In this document: one piece after another, positions 1-10,286 of the stretch | Position numbering within the stretch: position 1 is the first letter of the stretch | Layout: every line of letters begins with the position of its first letter | Assembly: GCA_016839705.1 (NCBI GenBank) | Contig: JAEOTR010000016.1 | Coordinates: forward strand, 32,001-96,000 | Reading direction: 5' to 3' | Source of the DNA: Promethearchaeota archaeon | Lineage (GTDB): Archaea > Asgardarchaeota > Lokiarchaeia > Sigyniarchaeales > SOKP01 | Length of the DNA stretch: 64,000 nt | Program-made: the position numbers and the translations under genes | Notes under the pieces: model-generated | Told to the model about the DNA's origin: nothing | Database searches by the model: none | Seen by the model: only the letters and a program-made list of their open reading frames with translations

Positions 1-211
1 TTAAAACTATTATTCTATAATCTATATCAGAAAGGAATTTTTTTTTATCAAGTGGTATTTGGCGGATGGTATGGGGATTGTCATTCAATGGTTTTAGATA
101 CTCATCCCATTTATTCTTAAAACGATAAGACTGTGTTTTTGCTATATTTGAGAGTTTATGAACTACATCCAAAAGTTTTATTAAGAATTCCTCTTCAGAT
201 ACTTCAGTCAT
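1..211 (-). CDS. Hypothetical protein, 5' part only (runs off the left edge)
   Basis: Hand translation from ATG at 211 gives MTEVSEEEFLIKLLDVVHKLSNIAKTQSYRF..., open to position 1. Absent from the ORF track because there is no stop in the window. Confidence 0.7.
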   Translation of the reverse strand, partial: MTEVSEEEFLIKLLDVVHKLSNIAKTQSYRFKNKWDEYLKPLNDNPHTIRQIPLDKKKFLSDIDYRIIVL

Positions 212-378
212 CCACTAAATACCTTAGCCTTTTAGCTTTATTTTTTTCTAACCTAATAATAATATTAAAATCTATTGATTTTTAAATTTTTAAATTAAAT
301 TGTGAAATTAAAAATAATAATTTCTTTTAATTATTATGTAACAAAAAAAAAGAGTAAAATAACTTATTACAAGGGTGT

Positions 379-771
379 ATTAAGGTTAAAATAGATCATA
401 TTGCAGTGGGATCCAATTCTGAAAAAGATGCTGACAAATTTTTTATCGAATTACTCGGATTACAAAAGACAAGATCGTTTACAGTCCCTTCAGATTTGAT
501 GGAAAAGTTTTTTGGTTTAAATTTAGATCAACCTGCTATACGATATGGAAATAATAATTTAAATTTTGAGGTATTCATAACGGAAAATATGGAGAAGGCA
601 AAGGATGTTTTTACACATACCTGCATAATAATAGATAACAGAGATGACTTTCTAAATAAAGCAATATCTTTGGGATTTCCTACAATAAAGGTTCCTAGAA
701 AAGCTAGTGATTCCTACTATCTTTTCGTTAAAGATTTATTCGAGAATTTATATGAGATAAAAGAGAAGTAG
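379..771 (+). CDS. VOC/glyoxalase-family protein
   Basis: Frame is open upstream of the track's GTG (406) and gives KIDHIAV, the typical VOC first strand. Also FFIELLGL, HTCI and DLFENLYEI. Start is uncertain (ATT 379 proposed). Confidence 0.75.
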   Translation: MKVKIDHIAVGSNSEKDADKFFIELLGLQKTRSFTVPSDLMEKFFGLNLDQPAIRYGNNNLNFEVFITENMEKAKDVFTHTCIIIDNRDDFLNKAISLGFPTIKVPRKASDSYYLFVKDLFENLYEIKEK

Positions 772-784
772 TATATGAAAAAAA

Positions 785-1213
785 CTATTCTAATTTATTT
801 AAAATTCCAGAACTTTTTATTATATCCAGATGATCAAACGCTAGCTTTAAGGAAGAGATTTTTGACAGTGGAAAAATTTCTAAGGCAGTAGCGTCATTTA
901 AAGCTTTTGGTTTCTCTTTCTCAGTTAAGGGTCCACATAGGAATGCTATAGATATATTATGTCCTCTAGGGTCGCGTTTAGGGTCAGAAAAAACTCCTAT
1001 CAATTTAATGATCTTTATATTAATATTTGTTTCTTCTTTTGCTTCCCGAATACATGCATCTTCCACAGTTTCACCAACATCAACAAATCCTCCGGGTAGT
1101 GCTAGATCTCCTTTAAAAGGAGGGTTTTTTCGGCGTATTAAGATAAGATCTTGTTTGTTATTCAACAAAATTACCGCATCCACAGCTAACAGTGGGGTTA
1201 CTGGTTTAGGCAT
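785..1213 (-). CDS. Nudix hydrolase (ADP-ribose pyrophosphatase-like)
   Basis: Nudix box GGFVDVGETVEDACIREAKEETN, plus RDPRG and LAFDH motifs. Confidence 0.92.
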   Translation of the reverse strand: MPKPVTPLLAVDAVILLNNKQDLILIRRKNPPFKGDLALPGGFVDVGETVEDACIREAKEETNINIKIIKLIGVFSDPKRDPRGHNISIAFLCGPLTEKEKPKALNDATALEIFPLSKISSLKLAFDHLDIIKSSGILNKLE

Positions 1214-1247
1214 ATTTTATACAGACTTTTTTTAATAATGGATATAT

Positions 1248-2069
1248 CTATTCATCCCACACCGATGACGCGAGAAGATGCTCTATCCTCGATTTCCGGG
1301 GTCTAAGAAATTTAATGTGGTTCTCTTTTTTTTCCAACAACAAACTTTTTTCAAGAGTATCTGATGTAATCATATATACTTCTAAATCTCCGCCATCAAG
1401 AAAAATCTGATTAAAACTAGGTGTATCATCTGAACGAACTTTTTTTGAAGTTGAAGTACCACAGTAAAGAAAAGTTGTACTTGAGGAATTTCTCCAAGCC
1501 ATTACGTAAGAATGTGCAACATGGCGATGGCCTGATAATACTAAATCCACTTCAAATACTTGGGTGAACTCTAGAATTTCTCCAGCATCTCGGACAGTTG
1601 TGAATTTTTGTCCAGACATTGGGGTAGGAATTAAATGATGATGAAGTGCTATTATTCGATTTTCTAGATTCTTGTTAAATTGGCGCCCTAACCAGTCTAA
1701 TTGTTCATCTCCAATTCTTCCTTCAGCCATATCATCTCTAGCTGAGCAAATTCCTACAAGTATTGTATCTTTATCTTCTAAAATCAATCTGGATCTCCTA
1801 GGTCCAATCAGTTTTTCGAAAAACACAATACCACTGTTTTTAGCATCATGGTTTCCCGGTACTGCGATGAAATTAGTAATTTTTTTTATACGTTCAAGAT
1901 AAGGAAGAACATTCCTAAACTGCACAACTCTTCCTTTATGAATTATATCTCCTGTACAAACTACTACATCTGGTTTTGTATCTTCTATAAAATAAATTAT
2001 ATTTTCCATATATTCGGGAACAAATTCACTTCCATAATGTAAATCAGAAATTTGTATGATTTCAACCAT
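1248..2069 (-). CDS. Calcineurin-like metallophosphoesterase
   Basis: DLH, GDI, GNHD, HHH and GHRH metal-binding motifs. Confidence 0.92.
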   Translation of the reverse strand: MVEIIQISDLHYGSEFVPEYMENIIYFIEDTKPDVVVCTGDIIHKGRVVQFRNVLPYLERIKKITNFIAVPGNHDAKNSGIVFFEKLIGPRRSRLILEDKDTILVGICSARDDMAEGRIGDEQLDWLGRQFNKNLENRIIALHHHLIPTPMSGQKFTTVRDAGEILEFTQVFEVDLVLSGHRHVAHSYVMAWRNSSSTTFLYCGTSTSKKVRSDDTPSFNQIFLDGGDLEVYMITSDTLEKSLLLEKKENHIKFLRPRKSRIEHLLASSVWDE

Positions 2070-2236
2070 CTTTTCAGCACCCTCTCACATTAGCGTTCTT
2101 ATAGAGACTTTCTAATTGTTATAGATTTAATAATAAGTATTTAATTTAAAATGTTATTACTAACAAAAATGCTTAAAATAAGAAAAAAATATCAAACTAC
2201 TAATTATATCAGCACAAACAGAGTCTCTGTTTAAAT

Positions 2237-2413
2237 TCAATTCTCAACATATAAAGAAATATGTGATCGATTATGGTTTTGCTGCTTGTTACGCTTCCTT
2301 GTTAATTCTTCGAGATTATTCTCATTTCTACAATCGAAACATATCCCATTAACATTAATATAGCGTATCTCCCCACATTGGGGGCACTTAAACTCGTTAT
2401 ATACTGGTTTCAT
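2237..2413 (-). CDS. Small CPxCG-type zinc-finger protein (58 aa), not in the ORF track
   Basis: MKPVYNEFKCPQCGEIRYINVNGICFDCRNENNLEELTRKRNKQQNHNRSHISLYVEN*, with two CxxC knuckles. Confidence 0.75.
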   Translation of the reverse strand: MKPVYNEFKCPQCGEIRYINVNGICFDCRNENNLEELTRKRNKQQNHNRSHISLYVEN

Positions 2414-2629
2414 ATTTTATTTTACTTGTATTTATTTATTTAATTTTTTATCTTTCTCTATTATTAAGAAAAAATATAGATTTTTAAACGCTCTCGCCAT
2501 AGTATATAAAGAGTTATATATTCTATATAGAAAGATAAGGTTTTCTCATAAAATTATAGTCTATTAGAGTTAATTTTAAATTTTTATAAAAGATTAGAAA
2601 TGTAATTTAATACATTTATGGTAAAGTAA

Positions 2630-3562
2630 TTGACATCAAATGGAACATCTTTTAAAGAAAAAGTAAGTTTAATTAAAGGTCCTATTGGACAATTCTTTCT
2701 ATTAGCACTAGGTATAACTTGGGTATTTTGGATCCCAACAATACTTATCGCGTCGGTGAATGATTACTTTTTACCAGGGGTATATACGGTATTTGATATA
2801 ACCAATAATGGTTTTAAAGACGGAGTTCATGTTGCTATTTTTATTTTAAATCAAATTGGGGTTTATGGTCCTTTTATTGCAGCCCTAATAGTTTTACAGA
2901 GATCTCAAGGAAGAAGTGAGATTAAGGCTCTTTTTAAGAGAATTACAGTATGGCGTGTGAATCTAAAATGGATTTTAATTATAATTCTTATCCCATTAAT
3001 CTTATCATTAGTATCCCTTGGTGCAAATATTCTCTATGGTGCTGATGCATCAGGAGCATTTAATCCCGGGATGTCTGTCTTCATCCTATTTTTAACTTTT
3101 GTTAACAATATTTTTACAAGTGGTCTTGAAGAGCCGGGATGGAGAGGATATGCTTTTTCAGAACTTAGAAATAAAGATGAGGCATATAGAGTGAGTCTTA
3201 TTATTGGAATTTTTTGGGCAATTTGGCATTATCCTTACATGATTTATCTGAATTATGAGACAGGAATTTTTCTAATGGCTATAGCGTTAATTGGGTTTAC
3301 CGTAACCATTATTGGGGGAAGTGTTATATTCAGTTGGATTTATGTTAACACTGAGAGTTTATTAATAATGGTTATATTTCATGCCTTTCAGAATGTCTTT
3401 CCTATCTTAATCATGGGGCAGGTTGTTGATATGGCAGGTGGTCTTGTTACAGGTCTTATTACATGGGTATTAGTATTTATAATACTGAAGTATTATGGGA
3501 AAGAAACTTTAATGGGACTTACAGAAACCGAGGTCAATGCTAAAAAGAAAAAGATTAAGTAG
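2630..3562 (+). CDS. CPBP/Abi (CAAX protease-like) intramembrane metalloprotease
   Basis: Multi-TM protein with EEPGWRG, WAIWH and HAFQN motifs. Confidence 0.9.
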   Translation: MTSNGTSFKEKVSLIKGPIGQFFLLALGITWVFWIPTILIASVNDYFLPGVYTVFDITNNGFKDGVHVAIFILNQIGVYGPFIAALIVLQRSQGRSEIKALFKRITVWRVNLKWILIIILIPLILSLVSLGANILYGADASGAFNPGMSVFILFLTFVNNIFTSGLEEPGWRGYAFSELRNKDEAYRVSLIIGIFWAIWHYPYMIYLNYETGIFLMAIALIGFTVTIIGGSVIFSWIYVNTESLLIMVIFHAFQNVFPILIMGQVVDMAGGLVTGLITWVLVFIILKYYGKETLMGLTETEVNAKKKKIK

Positions 3563-6518
3563 ATAATTTACTTAGAATATATGATTTGACTTCACTAACA
3601 CTTAAATCCTTATCTTCGATAAAACCCTGTCCATAATCCTTTTTCCCTCCCCCCTTTCCTCCGAATTTTTCAACGCACTCTCTCACAAAATCCCCAATGT
3701 TCAATGTTAACTCTTTGAGTGGCTTTTCTCCTTCCATGGCTAAAACATTAACGCCTTGATTGGTCTTATTGAGAAAAATGCTTATCACATTCTCATTATG
3801 ATTCATGATCCTTATGGAAAAATTCTTAAGATCATTCTGAGCCATTCCTTCGAATGTTTCAAGAATAAGTTTAGAGTTTTTATAATCTTGACTAGTTTTA
3901 ATTAACTCATCTATATAGTCCTCACTAAGAAGATTCTTCATTTGTTTAAATTTTTCTACTCCTTCAGCCCATTCTGAATAAAATTTTTGGATTTTGCTTG
4001 GAACATCATCTTTCTTAATGCTCAAAAATTGAGAAAGTTCTGAAAGCACATCTCCTTCAAAGATTTCAGAGGAGGTCAAGTGCATATCATTTTCATCAAT
4101 TTTGCCAGATTTGAGTGCTTTATTAATATTTTTCCACTTTTCGAATAATTCTGTTACACGACTTACTAATTGTTTGCGTTCTATATTTAAAATTCCCTTT
4201 AACTCTTCCAATATTGCTTTGTGCTTTTCTTTTAATTTATTGGTAGCTTTTCCTGCTGTGAATGTGAGTCTAACCGTCCCATCTTGAATCTTTTGAGATT
4301 TTGTAATGTGAATGTAACCCGTTTCTGAAGTATTATTCAAATGAGTACCACCACAAGCCTCAACATCAATTCCTGGAATCTCTACTATACGTAGATTTTT
4401 ACCTGGAACAGCTCCACCTTGGTATATTGTCATCCCATATTTTCGTTCCGCATCAGATCGAGGTATAAATGAGAGATTAAGATCAATAGCTTTATTAACA
4501 ATTTCGTTTGCTCTCTTCTCAATTTTCATTACTTTTTCTCTAGAAATTTGTTCATAATGAGTAATATCAAGATGAGAGTTCTTTAGAGTTTTCCTTGCAC
4601 CTGCTTGGTTAATGTGATTTCCCAAAATTTCTCGAGCAGCTGCATTAACAATGTGGGTTGCTGTGTGATGTTGGGACAGTTGGGTTCGCCAGGATTTGTC
4701 AACTTCTACCCTAACAGTATCTCCTACTTTGAATTTTGGTTTTTCATCTAACACATGAATAACGAAATTTCCTTGCTTGAAGGTATCATTGAATTTCTGA
4801 CCGTTAATATTCCCAATATCATGAACTTGTCCTCCAGATGTTGGATAGGCAACAGATTGGTCTAATATTACCATTTTACCAATTATTTTTAGTACTTTCG
4901 CTTCATTCGAAGTATCTGTGTAATCATAGTAATAAAGAGACTTTGTTTCGGGTAGCCCTTCTATATCTAGTTCAATTTCTTTGCCAGTAGCATGGATTTG
5001 TTCGGATTTTTCATGTTTTTCCACTACCAGGTTAAAAAAATTGTCAGGGATCTTAACTTTCACATCATGTTTCTTAGCTGCTTCTTTAACCATATCAGGA
5101 CTTATTCCATTTGAATCGTATAATTCTATAAGAGTGTTTACAGAAATTTCACCTTTTTTTAATTCTCTTTCTAAGATTTTCCCAGCTTTTTCCTTGGTAG
5201 CATAAAACTTCTCTTCTTCTACGTCAAGTATCTCTCTAATCTCGTCCAGATGTTCAGAGACTTCTGGAAAGATTCCTTTCAACTCTTCCGCATGCCATTT
5301 ACATACATCAGCCATATTAATAGGCCAGTTGAATTGATCAATGAAACTAATTGCTCTTCGAAAAATTACTCTCAGATTATATCCACCTCCTACATTTGAG
5401 GGGAGTTTTCCATCATTAATCGCAAATAATAAGCTTCGGGAGTGATCTGCAATTGAGTAAAGACCTGTCATTGGCATGATTTTATTTTTAAGCTCTTTTA
5501 CTTTAATCCCCAGTTCACTTGCTACCCGATCCCAGGCTTCATCGATATTATCAACCTCATCAATATTGAGATAAGCAGAAAATTGAGAAAATCGATTGTA
5601 TAAATCATGGTCTAATTCAATTTTGGTAATTTCTCTTAATTTCTTTAATACAAATGGAAAAGTGGCTTCATAAATATTAGGGGTTCCCTGTGAGAACCAA
5701 GCAATACGTTCTTGACCTAAACCCATATCAAGGACTTTAAGTTTCAGCTCTCGCGGACCTTCAGGAGTTTGATCAAACATTGTGTACACTTGGTTAAATA
5801 ATTCTATACCTCTACTGAAAAATTCAAGGCTACATCCAAATGAACCTCCTCCTACCCATGAATCCTCATGGATGGTTATTTCTTCTTTTGGTAGGCCAAC
5901 ACCTTTATGAAGAAAGTCGTGGATATCCATAAAAAGTTCATCCTGGTTCCATTCCTCAGGGGTTAAAAACACATGTTGTCCGATCATCACAAAACCCGTG
6001 TTGTGAGACCCTGTAATCCCAACATTTTCAATATCATTAAATCTTAAACAAAATTGTGGAATTATCAATTTTTTAGCAGGAGGTTCTACTTCTCCGGTAA
6101 TTACATATGGTTGAAACGCATATATCGAAGCTGCTGTAAATTCTGATGTTGGGTTCCATCTGGCAACACAAGGATAACGTTTGACGGGAGTGTATCCTCG
6201 TGGCTCCAAAATTTCTACCATTTTTTCCCAAACTTCAATGAAAGATAACTTGATTTTTGATGGATTATCAACTACTACTTGAAATCCACCCGAACAGACA
6301 GGCTCTCCGCAAACTTCTCTTTCTTTAAGCGTAGTCCAAAAGTAATTACCACAACACTCACAATGCTTTCTCATATAACCTAGATTTCTAAGCTCTTTTG
6401 TAGGGAAATATTTATCTGGATTTTTTGAGGCGATTTTCTTGAAAACAGTTTTTAATTGTTTATCCGTTTGAGCTTCGAAAAGTTCCTTCTGTTCTTTTTC
6501 TGAGAGCACTCTAATCAA
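3555..6518 (-). CDS. alaS: Alanine--tRNA ligase, archaeal type
   Basis: N-terminal CxxC..C..C Zn motif, DMGLGQER, editing-domain HTATH and CGGTH, C-terminal GGKGGG (DHHA1). Confidence 0.96.
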   Translation of the reverse strand: MIRVLSEKEQKELFEAQTDKQLKTVFKKIASKNPDKYFPTKELRNLGYMRKHCECCGNYFWTTLKEREVCGEPVCSGGFQVVVDNPSKIKLSFIEVWEKMVEILEPRGYTPVKRYPCVARWNPTSEFTAASIYAFQPYVITGEVEPPAKKLIIPQFCLRFNDIENVGITGSHNTGFVMIGQHVFLTPEEWNQDELFMDIHDFLHKGVGLPKEEITIHEDSWVGGGSFGCSLEFFSRGIELFNQVYTMFDQTPEGPRELKLKVLDMGLGQERIAWFSQGTPNIYEATFPFVLKKLREITKIELDHDLYNRFSQFSAYLNIDEVDNIDEAWDRVASELGIKVKELKNKIMPMTGLYSIADHSRSLLFAINDGKLPSNVGGGYNLRVIFRRAISFIDQFNWPINMADVCKWHAEELKGIFPEVSEHLDEIREILDVEEEKFYATKEKAGKILERELKKGEISVNTLIELYDSNGISPDMVKEAAKKHDVKVKIPDNFFNLVVEKHEKSEQIHATGKEIELDIEGLPETKSLYYYDYTDTSNEAKVLKIIGKMVILDQSVAYPTSGGQVHDIGNINGQKFNDTFKQGNFVIHVLDEKPKFKVGDTVRVEVDKSWRTQLSQHHTATHIVNAAAREILGNHINQAGARKTLKNSHLDITHYEQISREKVMKIEKRANEIVNKAIDLNLSFIPRSDAERKYGMTIYQGGAVPGKNLRIVEIPGIDVEACGGTHLNNTSETGYIHITKSQKIQDGTVRLTFTAGKATNKLKEKHKAILEELKGILNIERKQLVSRVTELFEKWKNINKALKSGKIDENDMHLTSSEIFEGDVLSELSQFLSIKKDDVPSKIQKFYSEWAEGVEKFKQMKNLLSEDYIDELIKTSQDYKNSKLILETFEGMAQNDLKNFSIRIMNHNENVISIFLNKTNQGVNVLAMEGEKPLKELTLNIGDFVRECVEKFGGKGGGKKDYGQGFIEDKDLSVSEVKSYILSKLST

Positions 6519-6716
6519 ATTCTAAATGTTCAAATTCTGGGTTATTAATATTTTAAAATAATAGTGGTCATCCCATAATTTTCTTTTAATTTTTTGTTGT
6601 TTAAACAATTTTGCTTTGCTTTTACTATATCAAAATTTTTATGCTAGATTTTCATAAAAACTTTTTAAATCAACTATAAAACTTTAGTTTACAAGTGAAA
6701 AATCACTACTTATTTA

Positions 6717-7637
6717 TTATCCAAGTTGAAACAAATTTCTCGCTTTTTCAACTGTTTCTGCATCAAATTTTCTAAATAAGGCGTAAGCAGTAATCGGTAC
6801 GATACACCCACAATTCTTACACAATTCTGGTGAATTTCCCATGACACAAAATTTCTGTGTTCCATCTGGATAGAAACTTTTTACTTGACCAGTTTTAAAT
6901 ATGCAATGTGGTACAAATTCTTTTGACATGTAAACTTCTAACATTTTTTTGGAATAAAAAATAAAATTTCCATATTCACGCATAACTTTTAAAATGTCTT
7001 TTATTGTCTTTCTTAATATGTTATCTTTTAATAAAAGTGGGCTGTCAGGATAATCGGTATATAATAGAAAGACTAATCCAGAAGCACCATTTGTATAAGC
7101 AATCTTGGCAATTTCTTCAATTTCCTTATAATTTAAAGTCATGATGGTTGATGAAACGACCGGATTGGTTTCACGAATATTTTGTATGACGGTATCAAAA
7201 ACCTTCGCACCTCTTATCTTATTATGAGTTTCCTTGCTACCATCTATACTTACCCAATATTTCGGTTGTTTATATCCATTAAATCGAGGTAATTTTATAA
7301 CTCCATTTGATACAACTTGAACGGAGGGAAAAGTTTTAATCGCTTCTTTAATAACGTCCATTCTTAAAGTAGGTTCCCCACCAGTTAAAATAGCTATTTT
7401 TGTTCCTAATTTTCTATGGTATTTAAAAAGATTAATCCATCCTTCTTTGGATAATTCTGTTCTTTTCTCTTTTAATTCCATTGTTGATGAAAAAAAATAA
7501 CAATGTTGACATTTTAAGTTACATTGCCAAGTTAAATCATAATTCACATAAAATGGAACCTTCCTTACTATTGATTTCAAAAATGATGGTCCCATGGAAA
7601 TAAAACTTGTTATATTTTTCACTTTAAATAATCCCAT
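6717..7637 (-). CDS. Radical SAM protein of unknown function
   Basis: CNLKCQHC cluster motif, TGGEP, SIDG..HNKIRG, C-terminal Cys cluster. Confidence 0.9.
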   Translation of the reverse strand: MGLFKVKNITSFISMGPSFLKSIVRKVPFYVNYDLTWQCNLKCQHCYFFSSTMELKEKRTELSKEGWINLFKYHRKLGTKIAILTGGEPTLRMDVIKEAIKTFPSVQVVSNGVIKLPRFNGYKQPKYWVSIDGSKETHNKIRGAKVFDTVIQNIRETNPVVSSTIMTLNYKEIEEIAKIAYTNGASGLVFLLYTDYPDSPLLLKDNILRKTIKDILKVMREYGNFIFYSKKMLEVYMSKEFVPHCIFKTGQVKSFYPDGTQKFCVMGNSPELCKNCGCIVPITAYALFRKFDAETVEKARNLFQLG

Positions 7638-7784
7638 TAGTATAAATATAAGATTTGATGCTTTAAAAAAAACGATCTTTATTTAGTGAAATAGATGCTT
7701 TAAAAAAATCGGGTGGATGTAACTCCCAAAGGTAATATAGTCTTGAAAATTAGTAATACTAAGGAGATAAAGGATAAAGTTAAA

Positions 7785-7988
7785 ATGAATGGAAAAAAGC
7801 GAGAATATATTAAAGCAGGCATGCGCGTTTTAATCGTATTAAAGAAAAACCAACGATCTGGTAAGTTAACCGAAGGTATTGTCAAAGATGTGCTTACAAA
7901 CTCTCCTAATCACCATTATGGGATTAAAGTTCGGTTGAGGAGTGGTGAAATTGGACGGGTAAAAGAAATAATTAGCTCCAAACAATAA
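7785..7988 (+). CDS. YwbE-family small protein
   Basis: LKKNQRSGKLTEGIVKDVLT...HHYGIKVRL..GEIGRV. ATG at 7785 preferred over the track's 7713. Confidence 0.85.
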   Translation: MNGKKREYIKAGMRVLIVLKKNQRSGKLTEGIVKDVLTNSPNHHYGIKVRLRSGEIGRVKEIISSKQ

Positions 7989-8055
7989 GTTAGTAAAATA
8001 TCCTTACTTTTTAAAATTATTAACTTTACAATTTCTGAATTACCTTTTATTTATA

Positions 8056-8077
8056 GTAGTAATGTTGCCATTGCTAC
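8056..8077. promoter_or_regulatory. Inverted repeat upstream of a BRE/TATA-like element
   Basis: GTAGTAATG-ttgc-CATTGCTAC (8/9 match), about 15 bp upstream of TTTTATA before the 8165 gene. Confidence 0.35.
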
Positions 8078-8164
8078 CCTATTGATAAAGCTTTTATACT
8101 ATTGTGTGTGTTTTTTACTTACAAAGAAATCTAATATTCAATAAATTATAGAGGTAGAGATCAA

Positions 8165-8467
8165 ATGGCTCATATTATGATTACAGGTTGGACTCCCCAA
8201 AGCAAAGGAAATGAAATGCTAAAAGTATCTACGTCAAAAGATAAACCCGCATACCCCGATTTTATAAAAAAAATACAGAATTGGATGGTTATCTCCCCAG
8301 ATGGAATGATTAAAACTTATGCAGTGTATGAATGCCCAGACGATAAAATATTAGAAGGGATGAAAGCCCTTGGTAAAAGATATACAATGTATACTCAAGT
8401 AGAAGGTTACAAATACTATCCTGAAGTCTTGTTTGATGCTCAAGAAGTTATTAATATGTTTCTTTAA
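8165..8467 (+). CDS. Hypothetical protein (small alpha/beta)
   Basis: Clean ATG ORF with GAGGT RBS-like sequence and T-rich 3' end. Confidence 0.75.
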   Translation: MAHIMITGWTPQSKGNEMLKVSTSKDKPAYPDFIKKIQNWMVISPDGMIKTYAVYECPDDKILEGMKALGKRYTMYTQVEGYKYYPEVLFDAQEVINMFL

Positions 8468-8524
8468 TTATAGTAAATTTCATTTTTTTTAATTATTTTT
8501 AAATCTCCTTTTATGGTGTATTGA

Positions 8525-9466
8525 TTGTATAAAGTAGAAGAACTTAAATATTCAGAGAAAAGATACAAAAACACTCTTAGTAATCTTAGAGAATCATTAA
8601 CACACTATTTCGTAGATACTCTGCAAGAGGATTTAAAAGAAGCTAAATTTTGGATTGACTGGATCGAAAATATTATTAAATCTGAAAGCGACGATCATAT
8701 AAATTTTCAAGTCAGAAGTGATGAAGATGCGCTAGGTTTCATAATAACTAGCTATATCAATGAAAGGTTTGCTTTAATTAGGCATTTTTTTATATTGGAT
8801 GTTATTAATAGGGAAGAAGTTGCCTATATTTTGTTGAAAGAAGCCATTGAAATATTGAAAAATGAATATGGGATAAATGAATTTAAAAATTTTGCTTTTA
8901 CTATTCCAGAAGATTATTTAGCAACCCCACTAAAAAGACTGGGATTTAGCACTCTATTAAGGCATAACCTGACTCTTAACTTAAATTCTTTTGAAAAAAA
9001 TTATGAATTACCCTCCAAATATTCCTTCGCTCCCATTAATAAGGAAAATTTGATCAATATTGCAGAACTTAGCGTTCAGATTTATAAAAATCATCCAGAT
9101 GCATCTTTTTGGGAAGAAGTGAATTCAGTTCCTCTTTATTTAGATTATTTAGAAAAGAGTTTAAAAACCTATATCCTAAAAGATTGTTCATTTGTTATAA
9201 AAGTTGAAAAACAGATTATTGGATTTTGTCTAACAGAAGAAGGAGATGAAGATGGTGAGCTTATTATTCAAAATATCGCTGTTAATAAAGTATATCAAAG
9301 AAAAGGTATTGGAAAAGCTCTACTTTCAGAAGTTTTAGAAGCCACTCGTCAAAAAGGTTATAAAAAAGCAATTCTTACAGTCACAGAAGGAAATCCCGCT
9401 CAAAAAATGTATGAAAATTTCGGATTTAAAAAATATACTTCATTTAATATAATAACAAACGCTTAG
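8525..9466 (+). CDS. Tandem GNAT acetyltransferase
   Basis: AVNKVYQRKGIGKALL acetyl-CoA motif and N.PAQKMYENFGF. Confidence 0.9.
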   Translation: MYKVEELKYSEKRYKNTLSNLRESLTHYFVDTLQEDLKEAKFWIDWIENIIKSESDDHINFQVRSDEDALGFIITSYINERFALIRHFFILDVINREEVAYILLKEAIEILKNEYGINEFKNFAFTIPEDYLATPLKRLGFSTLLRHNLTLNLNSFEKNYELPSKYSFAPINKENLINIAELSVQIYKNHPDASFWEEVNSVPLYLDYLEKSLKTYILKDCSFVIKVEKQIIGFCLTEEGDEDGELIIQNIAVNKVYQRKGIGKALLSEVLEATRQKGYKKAILTVTEGNPAQKMYENFGFKKYTSFNIITNA

Positions 9467-9550
9467 AAATGGGGTAAAAAGTGGTAAAAATATAAAAATT
9501 TTATCGAAAAGTTCAATTCAGTTTATGAAATCAAGGATAAAAATAAAATA

Positions 9551-9589
9551 TCATAAGTCCGAGGTTTGAAGGCGTGAATCTCCTTGTTT
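9551..9589 (-). repeat. Degenerate copy of the 3' end of the 10287..10733 gene
   Basis: 30/39 nt identical to 10287-10325, with a 13-nt exact core AGGTTTGAAGGCG. Translates KQGDSRLQTSDL* versus KKGYSRLQTLDL*. Confidence 0.7.
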
Positions 9590-10218
9590 TATTTCTTTTC
9601 TAATTTATTATTGCTTTTTTGAAAAATATAACATTTCCAATTCATTTCTATTAACTTTTTATCTAAATATCCTTTCCGATAAAAATAAAATGAAAATTGA
9701 CTTAAAATAAGTTTTAATTGTTTGAGAGTGAAGAAATATACTACTCTTTTAGTTTTCTCATTTTTAATTATACGTTTAATAATCTTTTGCCCTTCTCCTT
9801 TCTGAATAATTAATTCTAAAAATCCATTATTTTTTACTAAATGAGATAATATCTCAAATAATTGAGGTAGCTTTTCATGCGATATGTGTATTATTGATCC
9901 ACTTGAAAAAATACCATCGAATAAACCTATGCTTTCATTAAGTTCAAAATAATTCTTTACTATGAAAGTGCAATCAGGATTTCTTTTCCGAGCAATTTTA
10001 ATTGACTCTGAGCTAAAGTCTACTCCTACCACCTCAACACCTAAAGAATGTATTCTCATGCTTTCATGTCCTGGACCGCATCCCAAATCCAATATCCTCG
10101 GTTTAAACTTAAAATTAGATAAAAAATCTTTAATTGTTGGCATTAGGATTTCATTTGGATACCAATTCTTTGCTGTTTCTCCAGCTGTTAAATCGTAGTA
10201 TTTTCTAACTTGGTCCAT
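9589..10218 (-). CDS. Class I SAM-dependent methyltransferase
   Basis: ILDLGCGPG, GVDFS, FDGIF. Confidence 0.92.
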   Translation of the reverse strand: MDQVRKYYDLTAGETAKNWYPNEILMPTIKDFLSNFKFKPRILDLGCGPGHESMRIHSLGVEVVGVDFSSESIKIARKRNPDCTFIVKNYFELNESIGLFDGIFSSGSIIHISHEKLPQLFEILSHLVKNNGFLELIIQKGEGQKIIKRIIKNEKTKRVVYFFTLKQLKLILSQFSFYFYRKGYLDKKLIEMNWKCYIFQKSNNKLEKK

Positions 10219-10286
10219 TTGAATACCTTAACTATCAATTTTTTTGATAAAAGTGCTATCAAGAGCACTTATTACTAAATTTAGTC

